DNA of 62,273 bases, filler included, from 16 parts of 16 records of this genome joined end to end with filler, not necessarily neighbours in it, one strand, 5' to 3'; positions 1 to 13,215 are shown, counted from the whole stretch's first letter. The notes: generated from the sequence alone by a model not told the origin. Translations and numbers: made by a program.

Positions 1-259
1 ACTCCTGTGTTGCGTGTCGCTGTTGCGTGCGTTCTTGGGAGCGTGTGTCTTGGAATTGTGCGTGGTGTCCAATGTTCAGTGCGTCTTTCTGTGGCGAGGC
101 TGTGCACGTAGTGTCTACGTCTGTGTCTGAGTACTCAACCGTATGTCTGTATCTGTGTCATGTTGGCGCTGTTGCGCAGATCGAAGCAATCTCTCCCCAC
201 TCAATCCTTTGTTACCAAAACAATTTTATCATCTATCTGATGCACATGTGTGTTTATAG

Positions 260-684
260 ACTGTCGTTCATGAAAAAGTTTGTGCCGATCCTGGGCTCTG
301 AGTGGAGCTTCACCCACTTCCGCCTTCCCGACACCACCGTACGCTCGTTGTGTGCTTTTGGACAGGAGAAGAACTCGGTCATTGGTGCGTCTCTGCGTTG
401 TTGCGTGTGCGTGTATATGTGTGTGCGCCTGCATGTGTCCCCGTATTGATTTTGACGTTATCGTGATCTTGTCGTTGCGTGTGCGCAATTGTGGTTGTGA
501 TTGTCGTTGTTTTCGCACTCAAACGGTTCAGTGTTCACCCACTCACGTCCGTTCTGTTTGCTGCGTGACAGTTGTGTGCTCGGATGGCACATGGTTCAAG
601 TATCTTTTCGACCCAGAGAAGGGCGGAGAATGCAAGCAGGAGACATACGGAAAGTTCTTCGAGAAGGAAGTCGCTCCCGTGTAA
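260..684 (+). CDS. WIPI3/WIPI4 (WDR45-like, Atg18/PROPPIN family) C-terminal exons, 5' partial
   Basis: Exons 260-384 and 572-684 (intron GTGCGT...GACAG) splice to LSFMKKFVPILGSEWSFTHFRLPDTTVRSLCAFGQEKNSVIVVCSDGTWFKYLFDPEKGGECKQETYGKFF. This matches the SEWSF..F / CAFG / C.DG.Y.F / GEC tail of WDR45-type PROPPINs. Confidence 0.85.
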
Positions 685-1059
685 CACAGCGCAGTTGCTG
701 TGCGCTCCGTTGTTGTTTGTTTTCTGTCGTTGTATCAGGTGTGCGTGTGTGTAACTGTGTGTGTGTTTGTGTATGAGTGAATGAGTGAATGCCGATCTTG
801 TAAATGGATAACATGTGTGGGGTGTGGGGCAAAACAAGAATATCTTGATAAATATAGAGTTGTTTCATTTGTGTCCTTGGAGACCACACAAGCATCACGG
901 AACGCATTATGGAAACTTGCTGTGGTGACGATGGTGATGATGTCTGACAGAATCGTGAACCCCCGAGAGATTGTTCCAACGATCCCTCCCACCACCAAAA
1001 ATTGCTGCATCAAAACGCGAATCAGGGGATCTCTCTGCGGACGCTATTGTATTGACGAA

Positions 1060-1958
1060 ATGCCTCCTAGGGCAATGAAGCAAACCATCGAGCGCAAGGC
1101 TCCATCCGATGCGGATGTCATTGCGCGGAATGCTGTGTGGGACGAGGCTTGTCGCAAAGAGCAGCGGTATCATCGTTTTGTGGAGGAATATGCACCCAAC
1201 CCGAAGACGATGATCTTGATTCCGGAGAAGCCCAACAAGGTAACTCCGGCGTCGGCGGTGCCCACGGAGGAAGAAATGCGGGGACTAGGTACGACAGTGA
1301 GCGGATTGTTGAGGGCATCGTAGCCGAAGTAGTGCCATCGACATTGAGGTGGCGGGGAGTTTAACTTCGCTTCTTCCGTTTTCTTTCTCGCTCCGCTACG
1401 TTCTCTTGTAACGATAATTCTCAAATTTGTGTGGGCGCTGAGTTGAGTCGCAGCTGTTTCCTAAACTGTTTTCCCCTTCCGTCTTGTCCTTGTTTGTTTC
1501 GCTTTCTTCTGACGCATTGTTTCATCCCACAGACGAACTGCGGCACACTCTCTCACGAAGCATCGGATCGCCCAAAGATCGCTATGCGTTCCCACAGACC
1601 ACGTCTCAAGAGGTGGGGTGGCATCCGCCTGTACGTTGCCCTGTGAGCTTGGTGTGTGCGTTCTTTGTGTGTAAGCACCGCATATTGCTGCAATGTTGAG
1701 CCCCTGTCGAGAGTACCATGCGTCTCCAGACTGGCAGCTAACCGCGTGCTTCCTTCAATAGCTTTTCCGTGTGGCATTTCCGTTGCGTTGTTGAGCGTAC
1801 CTGACCGTGTTTGTGTGACATATTTTCTTCGTGTACAGGCCGACTTGAAACGACGATTCTACTACGGAATACAGTCCTCCGAGATGACTCGATACCAAGA
1901 GGCGGTGCTGAGCGGACCACAGACCAAGCCCGCCGGAACGAAGGCCGTCAAGAAGTAG
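1060..1958 (+). CDS. FAM183/CFAP144-like ciliary microtubule inner protein (3 exons)
   Basis: Exons 1060-1288, 1533-1630 and 1839-1958 have GTACG donors, CAG acceptors and CTGAC branch points (1509, 1801). The product contains D...N....E...KE.R, NP......KP, P..RY..PQT..QE.GW and S.MT.Y, collinear with FAM183A as I remember it. Confidence 0.75.
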
Positions 1959-2407
1959 ATACAGCGAAAGAATAACACACAACACTCCAGAATACATCGG
2001 ATGCTGCGACGCAGGAGCGTACGGAAAAAGTACCCAGAGTAGCGCACGAGACCGTTAACGGGACACATGTAATATATATTAGAAACTGTATCAGAAGGAC
2101 TGGAGTGCATCCATGATTCCACACAATTTGTGACACACGCATCCATTCTCGGGCGAACTCAGCGAACTCAGAACTCGAACGACCGAGCACAGCGGACGGT
2201 GGGTGGGTGTGAGGCGGTCGCGCACACTTACGATCAACAAGCAGGCATCACCGCGGTTTTCTTATAATCAGCTGATATCCTGCACACGGGCATACACGGG
2301 GGTGTCAGCTAGGAGACAAACCACGTTCAATATGTAACCTTCCACGACGCACGGAAACATAGTTGCACAAAGGCAGTCGTTCATAAGCTGATACGCACCC
2401 AGTCACG

Positions 2408-2431
2408 CACACACACACACACACACACACA
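2408..2431. repeat. (CA)n microsatellite at contig end
   Basis: Pure CA run running into the gap. Confidence 0.95.
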
Positions 2432-2531
2432 NNNNNNNNNNNNNNNNNNNNNNNNNNNNNNNNNNNNNNNNNNNNTTAATTAATTAANNNNNNNNNNNNN
2501 NNNNNNNNNNNNNNNNNNNNNNNNNNNNNNN
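2432..2531. other. Artificial contig spacer N44-TTAATTAATTAA-N44 (stops in all six frames). The same spacer occurs at 5246, 7474, 13482, 16192, 20215, 23356, 25465, 29075, 34844, 37008, 39531, 43075, 51639 and 55454
   Basis: The identical 100-nt structure occurs 15 times, separating unrelated sequences. Confidence 0.99.
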
Positions 2532-4885
2532 TACCGCTTTCACATCCGCCATGCCGCGAAGCAGAGCCACCAGAGACGCAATATGCGGCTCCAGCTGCTT
2601 CCAATCGCTGCATTCTTCAACGGTTTGTCCGAAAAAGGCAACCAACGCGGCCATGCTAGCTTTGCGACAAGCGTCGTCCGGTGCCAAAAGAGGCAGTAAC
2701 GTCCGCTCGTTCACGGAACCGGCATGGTGACCACGTTTGGGTTCAGATCCACGCACATGTTTACCACACAACGCACGCACAGCACATTCCGCATAATGTG
2801 GCCCCCGCACGGGCGCGCACCGCAACACCAAGAGCAGCATCGACCGCAGCAGAGCCGGCACAGGGATCGAGTACAGAGTCAGCACCTGCCACACACATGC
2901 AGCACAGTCCTCTGCGCCCGCATGCATGTGCTTCGTGAACGCATGCAGACACGAGAGATGCGCCTCAGCCACAGACGCACTCACACCCACCGCGATGTCA
3001 GCAGCGAACAACTGCGCAAAGACCAAGGCCGCGCTGCTGATGGTGGTACCGAGGGCTCGTTTCCACGTACGGCATGTGGATTGCACGTGGGACCAGTTCA
3101 ATTCTTCCGCAAACGAGACAGACACACAGAACGCGATGCAACGCAAACAGGTGGCCCGCAGATCCGCAGTTTCATCCGACACGCACGCCGCACTCTCCGC
3201 GGTGAGAAAATGGGCGTCGGTGTATGTGAGCACGTCCAGGCACACGGCCAGCGCCTGCTGAGCCTCCGCCACAGACAGCGTGTTCGCCTCTACGGCGGCA
3301 GAGAGGGGCAGCTCGAGCAAGCGGAGGAGACGAGGACGACGGCGAAGGGAGGGATCGGTGGATACAAGTCGGAGCGCGTGTGTCACACTGAGACCAACTA
3401 CACAGACGTCAAGCGAAAGAGTGAGGCTCATCAGCAGTAGCACAAAACACCCATCTGTTATATCACCGCTCGACAAATACGCATTCGACACGAAGCGCAA
3501 ACACATGTTAACAGAGTCTGATACACATGCGAGTCCAAATCGAAACACACTCACGGGCGCACACAAAACATACGATCCAACGACGCCGTGGCGGTAGGGA
3601 AGGCACCCAGAACATCCAACAGACACGACACCAAACGCGTAACGTGAGCCGATCCAAGACGCTCCGAGTCGAGATGAACAGCGATAAGAGCACCCAGCGC
3701 GGAACAGATTACAGGGAGCGCTGCAGGTTCCTCTGCAAAACACACACGCATAGAAAGAGATGCGACATTTTCACCGACACAAGGAAAATCGTCAGAACCG
3801 CAGCCCGGCACGCCCCATGCCTTTGCGTAACGAGAGGACAGTGTTCATAGATGTAAATCACACACATATATACACACTACACACGCACACACGTACACGC
3901 AAAACATTGACACATATCACACATGCAAACGCACGCGCACCCACACAAATCCACAACCCCTACCCAGGTGAACCCGCACATACTTTCGATATCCTTGTGT
4001 AACGTGTCGTAGTGGCTGAGTCGGCCCCTCCACAGCAGTAGGTGGCTTGATGCGACACCTGCATGGCACGAGCACGAGATCAGGACACAAATATACACAC
4101 ACAACACGCACAGAGACACACACACACGCGCGTGCAGGGAGATAAGCAGGTAATTCACGCAGGAGCCTCTCTGAACAGCTTGTGTACGTACGTATACGCT
4201 AACATACCGTCGAGTGAGGCGGCCAGTGCGCCCACACAACGCAACACCGACGCAAGAGAACTGCCCGGGAAGGCGGTCCACTCTCTCCGTGACAGCAATC
4301 CACCCTCCACGAGCCACTTGGGGTGACCGACAAGCTGGGAAAGCGCCGCTAACCCTTCCACCCCAAACACGCTGTCCGCCGGCGCTTCAATCAGCTCCCG
4401 CACGATCTGTTGCTGGGTGGGTGCATCCGCGGTCTCATACAGTGCACACAACAGCGCGGCCTGTGATGCAGCAGCAGCGGCCTTCGCATTCATGTTCGTG
4501 TGCACCAGCCGTGACACGATCAAGGGCCCGTACACCAGGACGTGTGTTATACGGCAGCCTGCGTGCAGCCACTCCCGTGTGGGCGAGGCACTGGCGTGTT
4601 TCTGCAACAATGTGCACAGAACAGAGACGCAGCGCTTCTCGGAGACCAACACATTGGATACGAGCGCCAGCAGCAGGGCCAGATCACCAGGCGAACAGGG
4701 GGATTCCTCACACTGCAGAACGCGATCTACAAAGATGCAACAGTCGACTTTGAGGCAAATGACGGTGAGGATGATCACAACTTACCTAAAAATTGTGCCA
4801 ACAGCGACGGGGAGTACGCCAGGATCATGCACGCGAATCGCACGGATCGAGGATCTCCATCGTCACAATTAATCGCAGTCTGCAT
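2532..4885 (-). CDS. Multi-exon alpha-helical (ARM/HEAT-like) protein, possibly MEI1/PRD1-like; 3' partial
   Basis: ATG at 4885 (MQTAINCDD...AQFL), followed by a GTAAGT intron and long Leu/Ala/Val/Cys-rich exons (inside ORFs 4155-4778 and 2484-3743) separated by GT/CA-rich introns. Confidence 0.55.
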
Positions 4886-5091
4886 CTCACATCAAGTGAT
4901 ACAGCACTCTGGTGTATGTATTGACGGCAGAAAAGGGGTGAAATGCATGTGTAGCTTCCTGCGAATCGCGAAGGGGACGGATGTCGCCGGTCAAAAACTT
5001 GACCGAAATACAATGGTGGTGCTTCACAGCCTTCCAAAGACAGGCTCCTGTGCTTTGCGGGTTCTTTTCGTCTATTCTGGTGCAGGTGATC

Positions 5092-5245
5092 ATGGCTGAC
5101 CAGGAAGGTTCTCGTAAGAGGCCGGCTGAGGGAGAAGCCACTGTTGAGGGACAAAGTGCTACAGCGCGTAATGTGCTTCCTAAATTTGAGTTTCCGTCAA
5201 ATTGGGTGCTGCCTACCCCCGGCAAGACCACTACTTCCGCAGCCA
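5092..5245 (+). CDS. N-terminus of an unknown protein (MADQEGSRKRPAEGE...), divergent from the previous gene; 3' partial
   Basis: ATG open to the contig end, with a KRP-type basic motif, about 200 nt from the divergent ATG at 4885. Confidence 0.45.
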
Positions 5246-5815
5246 NNNNNNNNNNNNNNNNNNNNNNNNNNNNNNNNNNNNNNNNNNNNTTAATTAATTA
5301 ANNNNNNNNNNNNNNNNNNNNNNNNNNNNNNNNNNNNNNNNNNNNAGAAAGAAAAGAAAACCTCGGTCGTGAAAGCGATACCTTCTTCCCTGTTGCTGAA
5401 AACGTGGGAACGTCCGACCCCACATACAACGCGTCCTTGTATAACCACGACCACGACTCACCTGATGTCGTGTTTGCCATGTACTGCAATCATTCTCCAC
5501 CAAGAAAACAGAGCAGATTGATACTGTTTACGTCCAATCCCGCAAGAAGGAGGATCTTTCCTTCGATTTTGGCTGCGAAAGGGTCGAGCAGTTTAAAATC
5601 ATCGCAGGAGATGTCAGGATGTCTGCGACCGCTGTCAGGGAACTATTTTGATCCACACAATCTCCCCTGTGGCTGCTGTTGTGAACGAGGACCTGAAACG
5701 CCTGCATCGAGGCTGTGTTCACCATTTCAGGCTTCAAGCACTCGCTCCTGCCACTCAAGTTTGTATCCTTGTTTGTCTCACCACCAGGCTTGTTGGGTGA
5801 CTTCAGTGTCCAGAC

Positions 5816-7473
5816 ATGCGCCGCCCTGAATCTGCGGACACGCCCGCGTCTTCACGCGCAACAGGGGTAGCCAGCTCGTCTGGTATTGTTCTCGAGTCTT
5901 TTGCAGATTCGTTCGACCGGCAGTCCACGGCGGCGGGACCGAAGCCACTCTCTCTGCCACCCAGTGCGCATCACGAAGAGACGGCGTTATCCATGCATGC
6001 CAGCAACGAACCGAGAAAGCCCTCCTTCCCGTCAAAACCTAATTCTTCTCTCAAAATACCGGCGCTGGTAGTGGATGGCGATCAGCGATGGGGACATTCA
6101 GCGCGTACGGACGTCAGCATGAACGTGTATCATTCTTCGGGCGATGCTGTTAGTGCCGACCACTCGGAATCAGACACTGACGACGAATTTGGGTGCGTGA
6201 AGCTTTCACATACTTCACTGCTACTATGGCTGACCCACTGTGTAGTGCGTTTGGCGACCAAGAGGAGCGGGAGAAGACGAAGCGAGCATCCATGACCAAA
6301 TGTGGGCTGTGGTGGTACGTCTCACGTGCCGTTTCCCGACGCCGCTCATGGATGTGGGCGGGCCTAGCTATGACTTTCGTCGCCGCGTGAAGCTGGAGGC
6401 ACTGCGGCGCCGCGACCCGATGCCAGTGTGGCGAGACGCCTTGAAAGACATTGACGGGCGGTTCGGGTCGTCCATCTCGTCGTGGTTCACGTGGTGCCGC
6501 TGGGCCTTCCTGCTCAACACATTCATCTTCCTCACATGGGTGCTCCTGCTGGTGGTGCGTTGCCCAGCTCGGGTTGCGTCTTATGTCTCACTGCATACGC
6601 TGTGTGTATCATAGATCCCTGCTGCTGCAAACTTCAGCTGGTCCACCGCGGCGATCGGTGTCTCGTGGGAGCTCATTCTGGGCAAAGGGCTCGAATACAC
6701 GCCCTTGTTCTACGGCGGGTACGCACACACACAATCTGACTTGGTGTGCTTATGCGCGTGCAGGTTTCCGATTGAATCGCGGTGGTACCGTCTGGACCTG
6801 GCCTACGCCACCGTCCTGGCCGCGCTCTTCCTGGTCTCCCTCTTCGCGCTCCTTCGCAGCATCCAGCAGTCCCGCAGCGGCAGCGGGTCCCTGCAGCTGT
6901 TCCGCAAAGTGCGCAACCTGCCCTTCAGCAGCATCTTCTTCAACGCGTGGGACTTTACACTCACCGACCCCGAGTCTGCTGCGGTGCTGTCGATGGGCAT
7001 CGAGAACAAGCTGCACGAGACCCTGGAGGAGGAGGGCGGGGTCAACCTGCGGCCCCAGCAGCTGGCGGGCCGTGCACTGTTCATGCTTCGTGTGAAGCGG
7101 GCTATCTCGTTTGCGGTCACGTGTGCGGTCATCGCAGCGGGCATCGTGGTGATGGATCGCGTCTCACGCAACTACGGCACCCTCAGCGCACGCTTCTCCC
7201 TCCTGCCCACCATCATCATCGCCATCGTGAACGCACTGTTCCCCTTCATCATCGTGCGTGTGTCGGTCATCGAGCAATGGCAGGTGCGTTTGTGTGGATC
7301 TGTGTGTGTATGTGTGTGTATGTATGTGGCGTGGTTGCGTGCGTTACGGATAGAGTACTGTACCGGGGTCTAACACTTTGTAGAGTGATCGTGTGCGTGT
7401 GTACCTCAACATCGGCCGCATTTACGTGCTGAAGGTGGCCAACTTGATCTACTTGATGCTGGTACTGTATGCA
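5816..7473 (+). CDS. Transmembrane channel-like (TMC) family protein, 3' partial
   Basis: Exons 5816-6192, 6246-6314, 6368-6554, 6615-6718, 6764-7283 and 7384-7473 splice in frame. Motifs W..ALK.I.GRFGSSISSWF.W.RW..LLN, G.G.EYTPLFYGG, YRL.LAY, FS..FF.AWDF, LP..II..VN..FP and R...LK are TMC hallmarks. Confidence 0.9.
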
Positions 7474-7575
7474 NNNNNNNNNNNNNNNNNNNNNNNNNNN
7501 NNNNNNNNNNNNNNNNNTTAATTAATTAANNNNNNNNNNNNNNNNNNNNNNNNNNNNNNNNNNNNNNNNNNNNCA

Positions 7576-8820
<1,245 letters not shown>

Positions 8821-8841
8821 GTTGTCATTTTCCACCCTTAT

Positions 8842-8867
8842 AAAAGGTCCGCTTGCGGGCCTTTTTT
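8842..8867 (+). terminator. Rho-independent terminator after fabF
   Basis: AGGTCCGC-TT-GCGGGCCT hairpin followed by a T tract. Confidence 0.85.
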
Positions 8868-8939
8868 CTTAGCTTTTATTCCGACTTGTTCCGTAGTGAA
8901 CATGCTGCCACACTAACAATTCTCTGATAAGGAGCCGGT

Positions 8940-9749
8940 ATGTTCTTAATTAACGGTCATAAGCAGGAATCGCTGGCAGTAAGCGATCGGGCAACGCAGT
9001 TTGGTGATGGTTGTTTTACCACCGCCAGAGTTATCGACGGTAAAGTCAGTTTGTTATCGGCGCATATCCAGCGACTACAGGATGCTTGTCAGCGGTTGAT
9101 GATTTCCTGTGACTTCTGGCCTCAGCTTGAACAAGAGATGAAAACGCTGGCAGCAGAACAGCAAAATGGTGTGCTGAAAGTCGTGATCAGTCGCGGTAGT
9201 GGCGGGCGAGGGTACAGCACATTGAACAGCGGACCGGCAACGCGGATTCTCTCCGTTACGGCTTATCCTGCACATTACGACCGTTTGCGTAACGAGGGGA
9301 TTACGTTGGCGCTAAGCCCGGTGCGGCTGGGGCGCAATCCTCATCTTGCAGGTATTAAACATCTCAATCGTCTTGAGCAAGTATTGATTCGCTCTCATCT
9401 TGAGCAGACAAACGCTGATGAGGCGCTGGTCCTTGACAGCGAAGGGTGGGTTACGGAATGCTGTGCGGCTAATTTGTTCTGGCGGAAGGGCAACGTAGTT
9501 TATACGCCGCGACTGGATCAGGCAGGTGTTAACGGCATTATGCGACAATTCTGTATCCGTTTGCTGGCACAATCCTCTTATCAGCTTGTCGAAGTGCAAG
9601 CCTCTCTGGAAGAGTCGTTGCAGGCAGATGAGATGGTTATTTGTAATGCGTTAATGCCAGTGATGCCCGTATGTGCCTGTGGCGATGTCTCCTTTTCGTC
9701 AGCAACGTTATATGAATATTTAGCCCCACTTTGTGAGCGCCCGAATTAG
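8940..9749 (+). CDS. pabC: 4-amino-4-deoxychorismate lyase
   Basis: Recognised sequence and synteny with fabF-mltG. Confidence 0.98.
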
Positions 9750-9751
9750 TC

Positions 9752-10775
9752 ATGAAAAAAGTGTTATTGATAATCTTGTTATTGCTGGTGGTACTGGGTA
9801 TCGCCGCTGGTGTGGGCGTCTGGAAGGTTCGCCATCTTGCCGACAGCAAATTGCTTATCAAAGAAGAGACGATATTTACCCTGAAGCCAGGGACCGGACG
9901 TCTGGCGCTCGGTGAACAGCTTTATGCCGATAAGATCATCAATCGTCCACGGGTTTTTCAATGGCTGCTGCGTATCGAACCGGATCTTTCTCACTTTAAA
10001 GCCGGGACTTACCGCTTTACACCGCAGATGACCGTGCGCGAGATGCTGAAATTGCTGGAAAGCGGTAAAGAAGCACAGTTCCCTCTGCGACTGGTAGAAG
10101 GGATGCGTCTGAGCGATTACCTCAAGCAATTGCGTGAGGCCCCGTATATCAAGCATACGCTGAGCGATGATAAGTACGCCACCGTAGCGCAGGCACTTGA
10201 ACTGGAAAACCCGGAGTGGATTGAAGGTTGGTTCTGGCCAGACACCTGGATGTATACCGCCAATACCACCGATGTCGCGTTACTCAAGCGAGCGCACAAG
10301 AAAATGGTGAAAGCGGTCGATAGCGCCTGGGAAGGGCGTGCGGACGGTCTGCCTTATAAAGATAAAAACCAGTTGGTGACGATGGCATCAATTATCGAAA
10401 AAGAAACCGCCGTTGCCAGTGAACGCGATAAGGTTGCCTCAGTATTTATCAACCGTTTACGCATTGGTATGCGCCTGCAGACCGACCCGACCGTGATTTA
10501 CGGGATGGGAGAGCGTTATAATGGCAAACTTTCTCGTGCAGACCTGGAAACGCCGACAGCGTATAACACCTATACCATTACCGGTCTGCCGCCAGGTGCG
10601 ATAGCGACGCCGGGGGCGGATTCGCTGAAGGCTGCTGCGCATCCGGCAAAAACGCCGTATCTCTATTTTGTGGCCGATGGTAAAGGTGGTCACACGTTTA
10701 ATACCAATCTTGCCAGTCATAACAAGTCTGTGCAGGATTATCTGAAAGTGCTTAAAGGAAAAAAATGCGCAGTAA
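9752..10775 (+). CDS. mltG: Endolytic transglycosylase MltG (YceG); +1 A homopolymer frameshift near the 3' end
   Basis: Removing one A at 10754-10756 restores the ending ...KVLKEKNAQ* (340 aa), which overlaps tmk. Confidence 0.96.
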
Positions 10776-11406
10776 GTATATCGTCATTGAGGGGCTGGAA
10801 GGCGCAGGCAAAACTACCGCGCGTAATGTGGTGGTTGAGACGCTCGAGCAACTGGGTATCCGCGACATGGTTTTCACTCGGGAACCTGGCGGTACGCAAC
10901 TTGCCGAAAAGTTAAGAAGCCTGGTGCTGGATATCAAATCGGTAGGCGATGAAGTCATTACCGATAAAGCCGAAGTTCTGATGTTTTATGCCGCGCGCGT
11001 TCAACTGGTAGAAACGGTCATCAAACCAGCTCTGGCTAACGGCACCTGGGTGATTGGCGATCGCCACGATCTCTCCACTCAGGCGTATCAGGGCGGCGGA
11101 CGTGGTATTGACCAACATATGCTGGCAACACTGCGTGATGCTGTTCTCGGGGATTTTCGCCCCGACTTAACGCTCTATCTCGATGTTACCCCGGAAGTTG
11201 GCTTAAAACGCGCGCGTGCGCGCGGCGAGCTGGATCGTATTGAGCAAGAATCTTTCGATTTCTTTAATCGCACCCGCGCCCGCTATCTGGAACTGGCAGC
11301 ACAAGATAAAAGCATTCATACCATTGATGCCACCCAGCCGCTGGAGGCCGTGATGGATGCAATCCGCACTACCGTGACCCACTGGGTGAAGGAGTTGGAC
11401 GCATGA
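10765..11406 (+). CDS. tmk: Thymidylate kinase
   Basis: [11 protein letters not shown]-loop; recognised sequence. Confidence 0.99.
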
Positions 11407-12407
11407 GATGGTATCCATGGTTACGACCTGATTTCGAAAAACTGGTAGCCAGCTATCAGGCCGGAAGAGGTCACCATGCGCTACTCATTCAGGCGTTACC
11501 GGGCATGGGCGATGATGCTTTAATCTACGCCCTGAGCCGTTATTTACTCTGCCAACAACCGCAGGGCCACAAAAGTTGCGGTCACTGTCGTGGATGTCAG
11601 TTGATGCAGGCTGGCACGCATCCCGATTACTACACCCTGGCTCCCGAAAAAGGAAAAAATACGCTGGGCGTTGATGCGGTACGTGAGGTCACCGAAAAGC
11701 TGAATGAGCACGCACGCTTAGGTGGTGCGAAAGTCGTTTGGGTAACCGATGCTGCCTTACTAACCGACGCCGCGGCTAACGCATTGCTGAAAACGCTTGA
11801 AGAGCCACCAGCAGAAACTTGGTTTTTCCTGGCTACCCGCGAGCCTGAACGTTTACTGGCAACATTACGTAGTCGTTGTCGGTTACATTACCTTGCGCCG
11901 CCGCCGGAACAGTACGCCGTGACCTGGCTTTCACGCGAAGTGACAATGTCACAGGATGCATTACTTGCCGCATTGCGCTTAAGCGCCGGTTCGCCTGGCG
12001 CGGCACTGGCGTTGTTTCAGGGAGATAACTGGCAGGCTCGTGAAACATTGTGTCAGGCGTTGGCATATAGCGTGCCATCGGGCGACTGGTATTCGCTGCT
12101 AGCGGCCCTTAATCATGAACAAGCTCCGGCGCGTTTACACTGGCTGGCAACGTTGCTGATGGATGCGCTAAAACGCCATCATGGTGCTGCGCAGGTGACC
12201 AATGTTGATGTGCCGGGCCTGGTCGCCGAACTGGCAAACCATCTTTCTCCCTCGCGCCTGCAGGCTATACTGGGGGATGTTTGCCACATTCGTGAACAGT
12301 TAATGTCTGTTACAGGCATCAACCGCGAGCTTCTCATCACCGATCTTTTACTGCGTATTGAGCATTACCTGCAACCGGGCGTTGTGCTACCGGTTCCTCA
12401 TCTTTAA
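11403..12407 (+). CDS. holB: DNA polymerase III delta' subunit
   Basis: CGHCRGC zinc motif, [11 protein letters not shown] and SRC motif. Confidence 0.99.
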
Positions 12408-12417
12408 GAGAGACATC

Positions 12418-13215
12418 ATGTTTTTAGTCGACTCACACTGCCATCTCGATGGTCTGGATTATGAATCTTTGCATAAGGACGTGGATGACGTTCTGGCGAA
12501 AGCCGCCGCACGCGATGTGAAATTTTGTCTGGCAGTCGCCACAACATTACCGGATTATTTACATATGCGGGATCTGGTAGGCGAACGTGACAACGTCGTA
12601 TTTTCTTGTGGCGTGCATCCACTCAACCAGAATGATCCCTACGATGTAGAAGATTTACGCCGTCTGGCGGCAGAAGAGGGTGTTGTAGCGCTGGGTGAAA
12701 CCGGGCTGGATTATTATTACACGCCGGAAACTAAAGTACGTCAGCAAGAGTCCTTCATCCATCATATCCAGATTGGTCGTGAACTGAACAAGCCGGTTAT
12801 CGTCCATACCCGTGACGCCCGTGCCGATACGCTGGCAATTCTGCGCGAAGAAAAAGTGACGGATTGCGGTGGCGTACTACACTGTTTTACAGAGGACAGA
12901 GAAACGGCGGGTAAATTACTGGATCTCGGATTTTACATCTCCTTTTCCGGCATTGTGACCTTCCGTAATGCGGAGCAACTGCGCGATGCTGCGCGTTATG
13001 TCCCCCTGGATCGGTTACTGGTGGAAACTGACTCACCTTACCTTGCGCCGGTACCGCATCGAGGAAAAGAGAATCAACCTGCGATGGTTCGTGACGTTGC
13101 AGAATACATGGCTGTGTTGAAAGGTGTTGCCGTTGAAGAACTGGCGCAGGTAACCACCGATAACTTCGCCCGTCTGTTTCACATCGACGCTTCCCGCCTT
13201 CAATCCATCCGTTGA
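12418..13215 (+). CDS. ycfH: TatD-family DNase YcfH
   Basis: DSHCH, GETGLD and ETDSPY motifs; true start MFLVDSH at 12418. Confidence 0.97.
   Translation: MFLVDSHCHLDGLDYESLHKDVDDVLAKAAARDVKFCLAVATTLPDYLHMRDLVGERDNVVFSCGVHPLNQNDPYDVEDLRRLAAEEGVVALGETGLDYYYTPETKVRQQESFIHHIQIGRELNKPVIVHTRDARADTLAILREEKVTDCGGVLHCFTEDRETAGKLLDLGFYISFSGIVTFRNAEQLRDAARYVPLDRLLVETDSPYLAPVPHRGKENQPAMVRDVAEYMAVLKGVAVEELAQVTTDNFARLFHIDASRLQSIR

Noticed and set aside
2153-2180. Short tandem GCGAACTCA repeat
   Set aside because: Only two to three degenerate copies with no spacer structure, so no function can be supported.
9752-10915. Extended 387-aa MltG overlapping tmk
   Set aside because: Produced by a single extra A in a homopolymer.
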